Below are positions 50,648-61,300 of a DNA stretch of 64,000 nt, piece after piece; position 1 is the stretch's first letter, and every line of letters starts with the position of its first letter. Origin of the DNA: Phallusia mammillata (lineage: Eukaryota); NCBI GenBank assembly GCA_965637545.1, contig OZ281496.1:21886001-21950000 (forward strand). The letters are read 5' to 3'. The notes beneath the pieces are model-generated. The model did no database searches. It had not been told where the DNA came from and was given only the letters and a program-made list of their open reading frames with translations. The position numbers were made by a program, and so were the translations under genes.

Positions 50648-52326
50648 TTCTGCACCTTACCCAATTAGCTACAATGGGCTATAAGCGGAGTTAAATAGAT
50701 GTAGACACCTAAATCAAAGTAAAACATATTGAAGTATTAATAAATGCTTTATTAGATTACTAGTAATGATGAAGGTCTTATTACTAGCAATAAAAATCGT
50801 TGTCTTGTCTTTATTTCATAGGTCTATATTACGCTCTATACTTTACCACAATCGTGACTCAGCAAAATTTAAATATGGACCTAAACGCTGAGTAATACAG
50901 TAACTTTAGACGAGGTAGAACTATTTCTCTGATAAAGTAAACTCTAATTTATGCGCCTTTATTTAAAGCTCTCAAACGCTTAAAGTTGATACTAGAGTAC
51001 AAAGTTTCCGTAACACTTAGTACTTCGTGATGTGTGTTTACCAGCAAGTAGGCAATCGCTTCCTATAACCGAGTGTGGTGCTTTCAATCAATGCGCAGTT
51101 GTTGAACGATATACGTCCTAAAAGTGGTAGCACAGTTATAACGTATGGCCTCTAAATCACAAAACGCAACAGAATGACGTTAATGGAAAGGCCTAAATAT
51201 TTTATGCTCAATTCTACTAGAGAAGAGATCTGATAATAATAATACTAATGCGTTTGCAACTGAAATGATTCATATGATGTTGACAATGAAATGCACTTGT
51301 TCTGACTGTTTATGAGCTCTCTATTGATGATTGCAAAACATCTGCGCACTATGCCACCATACAGTTACAGAAACACATTACTGCTTCAACAGTTGATTGC
51401 GACTTGACCTAAGTAGGGTGGCAAACTTTAAATCATTTATGTGGGCTTTTTTTCTTGGCGGCAGTTCCATCGGTCATAACTTCCCTTTCTTTCATCACAA
51501 CCGGCATCGCTGCGTGGGCTGAAATTTGCCTGCGGCACATTATTAGCGCTTCATTCAAAGTTCTCACATTTATTCATTACAAGTTTGATTTGATTAAGTT
51601 CGATAATATCAGTAGGTTTAACAACACATCTATTTTTGTAAAGTTTGTATCGTAGGTAATAATATCTGACAGAAATGCAAAGGACATGCACGAAAAAACA
51701 AGACAATAACACAAGTAAATAAATCAGTATCACATTAAATTTCGCTCAACAGAAAAGCAGCAACAACAAGTCTTCTCACATAGTAGGAGAAACGGGTAGT
51801 GCACATGATTCGTTTACGTCATATCACGTGATATTGTATCGCCTTCGTAGACGCGCAGGGAAAAAACCTTGTCGTTAACAACGTATTGCGGTTACACGTG
51901 AGGTGACGTCATATGACGACCGGAAAGTACCGACAGGCAGACAGGCATTTACAGTTAGTCAGAAAGCGGAAATGTCAACAAAATATTGTAGTTGTGAAGT
52001 ATGTGACTTCGTATCACCGAAATGTAATTTAAAGTTCCTTTCAATTCTTTCCTGGTGTACCAACTACACATGGTGATGATGTTACCTTGTTACCTTCATT
52101 TACGAGTTTGGTTTATTGTCAAGTCTGTGTTCTGTTTTTCCTTTTCACTGGCGAGTCGAGTATAATTGAGTCACACTGGATATACACAAAACAGTAATAT
52201 GTAAAGCGCCTCTTTAAGCCTAGATTTACCTAGACACACCAGTGAGCAAAGGTAACGGATAAGGGCCTGGGAAGAAGTGTCAAATAAGACAAATAATGCA
52301 CAACGCAGTACATGTATGCCGCATAT

Positions 52327-55300
52327 TTACAACAGCAAATTTAACACAAGAAAGGTCGTCAAGATTAAGAGTATAAACGGAATCCGCATGGGTTCGCTGT
52401 TGGAGCATGTGTAGCTGCCGATGGTGTTGGTGCATCGTTGGTTGTTCGGACAAGGGTTTGGTGTTTGTTCGCATTCGTTGACATCTGTGTGTAAAAAAGA
52501 AAAAATGAGTAAAACAATGTTTACTATAAATATATGTACATATAAACACTTGTAGAACACATTTGATTAATCGACTAAAGAAAAGACTCAATTAATCGTA
52601 TTTGCAACAACATAGTGTATACATCCAATACCAGGAACCAAAAATATGAGTTGCTTTAACATGTAAATACTTTTGACAATGCATATTGTTTCATAGGTTT
52701 CCCAAATTCTTGCACAAAAGGTTGTTCAAACCACGTTAATAGAAACAGTTTTTAAATTTGTAAACTTACCAGTGAATGAATCGAAGTCAATGCTTGAAGC
52801 TGAAAGAAAATATGATCATTAACTCACTTATGTTATCATTCCCTAACCTTATTCCTATCAGGTTTAACTACAAATTAAATTTGCAGTTTTCGTTAACTAG
52901 TTTTTTTTTTGCGCATAGATTCCTTGTGTCCAGACAATAATACAGTAGATAGGTTGTTTTAAAATAAAAAAAGTTTTGTTACTTGTCTTAATCCACCAAA
53001 ATAACTCAGCGACGTCTGTAAAGAAAGTTGATCCTTGTCCACAAACACTGCTTCCAAAACTCCTTACACCGTATTGGTACCATGTATTGTTTCCCACGTT
53101 ACACATCAATGGTCCACCAAAATCGCCCTGTAAAATAAATCCTATTAAATAGACACTAAAATTGTGCCGTAACGTGTCATTTGTGATTTAAGACATACTT
53201 TAAACCAGGGGTACACAGTCATTTCGCTGACGGCCGAATTGCAGATTCTTATCTCACCAACGGCCCCAATTTCTTACTTGTTTTTGTTATAAAATTGCTG
53301 ATGTAAAAATAGGTTTATATCATGTATATACCATCTAATGCAGGGGTTCCCAACCTTTTTACGATCCCGTACCACTTGGACGCTCTGCACTGCCACACGT
53401 ACCACCATAGAGAAAATGTGTTCTATAGTGCTCTATGCCACTTCTTGCAGAACAACTAATTTGTTCGAATTATATTTCATTCAACACTAGCTTAAGCTAC
53501 AAAACAGTAGATGATATCTATCAAGAGCAATCATTTGACATAATTAACGCCCACTGTGCCACAGCGTTGTTCGGCTTTTCATAGCAACTATGCTTTTTGT
53601 TGAGAATTGACATGACCTGTATTTTGAAGATCGTAATGATACGAAACAACAGGAATAGTTACGTAACAATGACAATAGGCCTGGGGAATGTTTTTTTTGC
53701 AAACAAAACCAGATAAACAAAATATAAAGTTGCAAATCGAGGTTTTTGTGAACAGAACAGAAGCTACTCGCGTACCACCTGAAAACCCTTCGCGTACCAC
53801 TAGTGGTACGCGTACCACAGGTTGGGAACCCCTGATCTAATGGCACCTGAAAAGCCCAGAGGACTTCTAACTAGATGCTATAAACAGTCGCGCGATCAGT
53901 CTTTACCGCTATGCTAAACATGTTCACGGCCGCACAAACTTGTCTCCGCGGCCCCAGGTTGTGCACCTCTGCGTGAAATTGTAACTTAATAAGAGCAGGA
54001 ACTTGGCCTAATGGTCCGACACGCCTGACCCATATACAGACATAAAAACTTTGATCGGAATTCGTCCCCGGAAGCGTCCTAGGTTCGAACCCCGTGAAAA
54101 AATGTAAGCTTGACTAAAAGTGTTTAAAGTTAAGTTCACATATGCATTAACAAATGAAAAATTTTGAAAATAAAACCTTAAAAATAATTTCCATACCACA
54201 CAAGTATCTTTGTTGTTTGCTTGAGCACACATAATATTTGAGGGCATAGGAGCTCCTTGATTCACACCCTGAAAATTAAAATACTCTGCTGCGCAAAATA
54301 GTTTGCTTTTAATCTGAAGCTCAACTTGTTGAAGTGTGTGGGAGAACGGGCCACCATCTACAAAAGTACAATTTATTTAAACAACGCATAAATGATAAAA
54401 CTTAACACAAGTTTCTGTCTTACCCTGATTTTTTCCCCATCCAGCAAAGTAGCATTTTGTTTCGGGAGGTAGCTTATAACTTATTCCTGGTGGTAGACAT
54501 ACGGGACGCACGCGTTCATTAAAAGTTATGCTTGAACTCAGCTTTAAAAGACCAATATTATTTCCCAACAAAGCAGATCTATGCAAAAAAAATGTAAAAA
54601 TAAATTAGAATAAACTCCAACCTATCATGCATTTAAATTCCTAGTAAAAAAGAATCGTTCTGTTGCTAATACTACGTAGAGTGTTAATAACTTTTTGGTC
54701 CTCTGTAACAAGAATTGATCCCAAACTTTATGTTCAAGTGACTAAAATGCCATTGATTGCGCACACTTTTATTATTGTTTTTGTCTTGTTTGTTACATAA
54801 TAAATTGCCTTTTAATCATTCCAACGCGAGGTGATCTTACGAAAGTAAACATTTAATTATCCAGTATGTTGTTGTGGGAATACACTTCCACAAGAAATAA
54901 ATTACCTTGGTGTTGTTACTTACAGCTTTTGTTTGGCTTAGCTACAAATATAGTTTCAGATAAATATATTTAGCTTGCGCTGAGTGCTCGAGAAAATTGC
55001 AAAGGGATTGTTATGGCAAAGTGTGATAGACAAATTTAAATAGTTACCTGAAACTGGTGAGATAAAGTTTATTGTGAACAGCAAGTATTTGTCCTTTTGA
55101 GTCAGAATCCACGATCTCAAGTGAGCCGACATAAACTGACAGCCTAAATTCATTAGTATTAATTTTGCTACAAACTGCTAATGGTTATTATTTACGCACT
55201 TGGCAGTTTCTTGGATACAGCTGGCTGCAGTCATTACCCACTTATCTGAGATTATAGTTCCTCCGCATAAAAATGTGTATTGTGTTTGGTAATATCCACT

Positions 55301-58300
55301 TGTAGTTTTAATGACCTGTGCCATCCATGGCCATGCACCTTCTACTGATGTTGTTCCGCCCTGGATTCTTGCGTTCTGTTAACAAGCGTTAAAATATGTT
55401 TTAGAATAGACTTTTTCTGCTTTTGCTCTCTTAACTAAATATAAATTATACCACTGCGTATGAACTTGAACGTGTTCCACAGCGAGGCGGTATTTCTGCA
55501 ATGAAAAGTACAATTGAAAACCTTTAATAGTTGCGTTTCTTTGAACTAAGAGAATCACCACTGTTACTAAGTTAAGTTTATTAAAATTTTCAAAATAACG
55601 TATTTTAGGACTTAACTATGAAACGGCAACAGTACCGGAGAGGGGACTTGAAATAATAAGAAATATCCTAGTAAACGAATTAACACTCATAAACACTGCT
55701 TTCCAAATTGTGCTGAAATAAAACTAAACATTTTGCTTTTCCGAAAAAACGCGTCTAAAACTGGGCTGGCGTCTCGGAAAATAGTACGGATGTAATAAAA
55801 TAAAAATATCTTAAAAACACGAACAAAGAAAGTTAAATTTGGTAACTTGACAATTGAAAACTATATACTCCACTGAAATTTATTCTATACAAGACTGCTA
55901 GCAAGCCTGATATATGAAGTATAAGAAAGCTACAAACTAAAAGGAATGTTAAAACTTACCGCATGAAGGTACATTAGGAGACCATCCATTACTTTCACAT
56001 GTTGGTTGTGATGTGTTTCCAAACAGCACCAACCCGTTTGAACATGCAATTTGGATTTTTTCATTGTACGCGTAACTTTCTTTGAGTGGAGAAATTGTTT
56101 CGTTTTTGTGCACGACTGGTTGTTGGCAAGTTATCGCTGCAATCATATAAGAAACTGTATTTCAAAGTATTTAACACACCGTCAGTCAATTTTTGCTTCA
56201 GAACTATCTGTGTAATTTCTACATATGCCCCATGACTACTTTTGCACAGATATGTCACATAAGACTATTTAAATTTTACTTTAGGGATAAAATAAATTGC
56301 CTCTGTTTTCTCTATTAGTAAAACTATAAATTGAAAACAATGAAAAGTGATTGATGTTAGTACTTTTGATTCATAAATTAAACCCTTTGTTATAACGGTG
56401 TAAACCATTTGTAACATATTGGTGTTACCTTCACAAGTTGGGTCCTTGCCAGACCACGCTCCATCTCCAGTGTAATTGGATATAAGACATGTTAGGCTTT
56501 TCTGACCCACTACCTTGTAACCACTGTAACAGCTGAAAGTGACCGTACTGTTCAAGATGTATGTGTTCTGATACGGCGATATAGATCCACGCAATGGATT
56601 AAATGGCCTCGAGCAACTGATGACTAAACATGAAAAGACTATCATTGGGACACTACAAAAAAACGCTTATGTAGACAAATAAAATGTAAGGGCAAATAGC
56701 AGCAAAACATGCATCAGTTTGGGCATGTGATATGTCCATTAAAATCCTCGTACATTTTTTTAGGTAATGACAAAAGTGGATTTGTGAAAATAAACTTTTG
56801 CCAGGAAACAGCATCTCCTTATACAGTGGTATTTTTTGTCGGCCGGTCGATGTGCAGGTTTAATGTCTGCTTTTGCAGCGAATATAATTAAAAATTGGTT
56901 AGTGTTATTTCTAAACGTCGAATTAATTTAACCCTTCGACTTTAGCAACTTGAAAAAATGTTCAAATAGAAGGTCGAACTAAAAAACGAACTGTTCCTGT
57001 TGTTATCAATGCTTTTGTTGCTTTTAAGAACTTTGTGTTTTATATTACATTATTATCAACAATTAGTAACAAAATTCCTGGTGTTCTGACACCAGTTTTA
57101 TGATCTCGTTCCAATTTACCTCGACAATCTGAAAAAGTACTTGACCAGCCACCCGGCCACTTGCATGTTAGGTTTCTTAAATATGCGGGGGTTATGTAAT
57201 GGCCCTTGTTGCATGCCATTGAAACGTTTGCTCCGAGTGAGTATTCTTCTTGGATTGGCCAGAAATATCCGTTTCGTGGTCCGGTCGGCGAGCCACAAGT
57301 AAAAACTATGAAAAAAATATGACTGTGAATACTTTTTTTGATTGGTTAAGTTTATTGTGGTCAGATATTTTGGTGGTGTCTTTAAGATTGCTGTTGTACA
57401 CTAAATTCTTGTCCAAAACTTTGCTACTATTGTTGATTTGTTTCTGATGTTGAAACGACCTTTGAGTTCAACAGCCCACTAGAAGTTTTTAACTGTAAAT
57501 AGTTACGTTCCAAGTTTAAACTTTGAAAGCGTAGTTTAAAGCCGAAATGACGTCATGTTTTTAATGATGACATCATAAAAAAAATGCTTTTAAATTTGTT
57601 TTAAATTTTGTACACAACAACATTTCCAGAGAAAGTTATGGGCTATCTCTTATCACATTTTCTAGAAAAGTCATAAAGTACCACAAACGCAGAAATTTAC
57701 GAAAAAGAATACTGCAGTATAGGTTAAATGCATATGAATATATGATTTAGTTGCACGGTGGATGATTTACACAACGTCTAGTCTTACGAAGGTTTCGTTT
57801 TTGTAAGTTTCCAAAATGAACTAGGTGTTGGAATTCGCAATACAATGCTTTACCTTTGCAAGTTGGTGGAGTTTCTGACCATCCATTTAGGGTACAAGTG
57901 AGTCGAATTGGTCCATCAAGCTTGTAGCCGTAATTGCAATAGAAATCGACATATGTATTTAAGCCCGTGTATGTACTGCTTAAGCGTCCATTGCTCGGTG
58001 GGCTGAGAGCAGAACATCTAAACCCTGGAATAAACAGTTACGGTAACTTTAAAAGCTAGAAACTAGGTAGTTTGTTTTGTAAGAAAGTTTTAAAGGGGGC
58101 AAAACAGTAAAGTAGCGATTGGATACCAGATACAACGAAAGTAGATAGTTAAAAAATATAATGGAGCTGTAAACCGCAGCTAACAGTGTTTGTATGGTTC
58201 TAAAGTAGACGGTGGTGGGATTCAGACGGTTCGCACGGGTTCTATAGTACCGTCTTAAGAAATCTTATGAGATCAGCAAACCGGTGAGCATTACTGGTTA

Positions 58301-61300
58301 CTGTCATTGGACTTTTTCTAACAGAACTGGCTGAAAAATATGAGTTTTGTTATAGAACCGGCTGACAATAAGTTTGAATACCACCACTGACGTAGAGGTA
58401 TAACTAAAGACTAAAATCGTGACAAGTTGGACCAAAAAGCTTCTTTAACTTTGTGGAAAGATAAAAAAGAAGAGACATTATTCAACTCAAAGTAATAAAC
58501 TTACTTGGGCATGATGGGGCGCTATGTGACCAAATCGCTTTTCCGGCGGATAAAACGCAAGTGCTTGATGAACTTCCTTGCAGCGTGTATCCGGTGTCGC
58601 ATGCGAAAGTGACTACAGCATTCACCACGTATCCTCTTTGGTAGTTTGGTGTTATTGTACCATAACTTAAATATAGTCTCGAGCATTTAATAACTGTAAA
58701 AATACAGAAAAATCAACAGGTTTAACCCAGATGCAAAAAAGCTTCAGAATAACACGAATATATGCGTGTTTTAATTTATTATGTCTGTTTGAAAAGGTCT
58801 ATAATAATAAACAACAAACGCCCAAATGAAAATCCATTTTTAAATGTAAAAAATATCTATTTAACACTTTTTTTGGAAAAGTTATTCAATTTGAAGGTAA
58901 ATTCCTACTGTTTGGTTGTTGAAAATGGAGTCCAGTTTCTGAAAAACAAAAAACGTGTAACAACTACACTGCCAGTCTTGCCGCTTCAAAGTAATTTACT
59001 AAAATTATCCTTAACTGTTTGTCTTCTTAGCCCTATACTCCTAGTCTAAACAATGAGTTAACAAAGATGCTTTTTGTGTACGCACTTGAGCTAATCCAAC
59101 TACAGACTTCTGGAATATTCGTGAAAAACGATGGACCGTCCCCACATTTTGAGCTTCCAAAGCTTCGTAAACCAAACTGGAACCATTTATCATCACCAAC
59201 GTTGCACAGTAATGGGCCACCGCTGTCACCCTAAACAATTAAACGCAATGGCGATGAAATGTTAAATTTGTTGTGGGTTATGGGACTTAAGAAAAACTTA
59301 AAGTAAAAGTCTATTTTTTGGAGGTCGCATGTAAAGTCAATTTGCCAGTAGTGTCGAAGTCTTACATTTTTAACTCTCGTTCAAATCCTTGCGATTATGT
59401 CTCCAATTCATCAGTTATGTCCTTCCTTATATAGCGAGTTTTAACACAAGCTGTTACGTAATTAATGGTTGATATTTTAAGCAAAATCTATTATGAAAAG
59501 TATAACATTTTGACAAATCTGTTATGAAAAGTATAACATTTTGAGCTATTCTTAACTTTCTACTATAATCTTACCCTACAAGTGTCCGTATTGTTGGTGT
59601 GGGCACATGTTAATGAATTAGGTAGACCAGAAAACGAAGCTCCTTGAAAAACTCGGTAGTTATTATAGCAGTATGTTGTAGGTTTGATCTCCAACTCTAC
59701 TTGCTGCAGATTATCCGACAAAGCAGTGGAGTTTTCTTGAAACAGTAAAAACGCAAAAGCCTACTTTAGAAGATAATGTAACCAGGGTGCCGTAATTTGA
59801 CCAGTAATTCTCAAACTGTGCGAAACATTTATTGTTGTAAGCATGACAACGCTAACAGCAAAAATAGACTTGATCAACGTAGTCCCGAGTTGTAAACGGG
59901 CCTGAAGCCGTTTAGACCTAAAGGTTTTATAGACATATACATGAAAGCCTTTTTGAGCATATGCATTAAAGCCTAAGGAAAGACAATAACAGACAGTTGG
60001 TCATGAAAAATGCGTTTAAGGCTGTTCAAAATTGGGTCAGGTCCAGCAAGTGGCTATTTAGGTAGCTAAATTTAATACTGACACAGATCGTAAAGTCGGA
60101 CCCAAGTCAAGCCCGTTAATTTGGAGAAACCTAAGCCCGAACCCGGCCCGAAAAGTCCTGGCCTTCTTACAACTCTGACGTAGACAGCGCAAAAACATCA
60201 TCATTCAGCAATACCAGAGTCACTCATCTCAACAAAGTTGCAAATTGATTTTATCCAACATTGTTTTTCTGTTGTTTTTAAGGCATACAAGGTGTAGGCT
60301 ACCCCGAAAATTTAGTTTGTACACCGTAGCCTATCTGTAGCTTAAAATATTGGGTTCAAGAGGGGTTTTTTCTGCTGAAAACAAATACAGTTTATGTCGA
60401 CCTTCAGATATGTCACGGAAAATGTACTAAATATGAATAAACTGTTACTGCCAGGCATAATATATCAACAATTTTTTAGCTATTCCAGCAGTCTTTATTA
60501 TAATATGCCGGTTTCGATGTCCCGTACGAGACACCTTCACCAGGGTAACCCAACAGGGAAGGGCTAAAAACTGCGGAAAGAGTTTAAAAATTGTTGATGT
60601 ACTAAATATAATTGCAATAAAACTGCATTTAATACTCGGGGAGTTCAACTTACTTTTAAGTCCCCAACCGGCAGTAATGCACTTTGACTCCGGTGGCATT
60701 TCGTATGATGATCTTCGTGGAATACATATGGGGCCGACAACATCATTAAAAGTAATTCTTGAAGTTAGTTCCAGCAGACCCGCGTCATTTCCCAATAAAA
60801 TACTCCTGCAAATTGAGTTAATTCGTTTAACGGATATTCTTGAAAACAATTTTAATGTTAGATTTTTATTTAATTTGTCAAGCAACTCAAAATTACTGAA
60901 ACCGTTATTCAAAAACTACTTTAAAAGTTTCTTACGTGTAACTTGTGTGTCTGTATTTTTCCTTTACTGACATAACCTGTTCTGTTGGAGAAGGTACAGA
61001 TAAAGTACTTCTACCAACATAAACCTTGAACCTGCAAGTTTTATTTACACGCATTAAGTGAATAAGTCCTAAAAACTACGAAACACGGTAAACATATAGT
61101 TGGACATTCTTAAACTGTTTCCGGCAATACATGCTAGCTGTGGTAATATAAACCCTTGTTGTATCGTCTAGAACAGGGGTTCTTAACCAGGGGTACACGC
61201 ACCCCCAAGGGGTGCGAGAACTGTTCCTAGGGGGTGCGGGGATGCTGAATCATTAAGGTTGGTTTGGTCTTTTCTATTTAAGCAATTACAGAAGGGGGAG

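Noticed and set aside
57116-57447. ORFs 57116-57298 (-) and 57250-57447 (+) as a transposase fragment
   Set aside because: Another minus frame between good splice sites (57120-57305) gives a clean CCP domain (TCGSPTGPRNG..C..C..W..C) that fits the G9 phase.
56932-57723. piggyBac element capturing a CCP exon (TTAA CCCTT.. to ..GG TTAA)
   Set aside because: Left-end similarity to the 40182 element is only about 7 nt. Only the 3' 180-nt fragment is convincingly homologous.
59041-59238. Apparent frameshift in the G9a GDSGGP exon suggested by the ORF track
   Set aside because: Base counting gives a 145-nt open exon (59086-59230), the same as its paralogs. The listed ORF is another frame.
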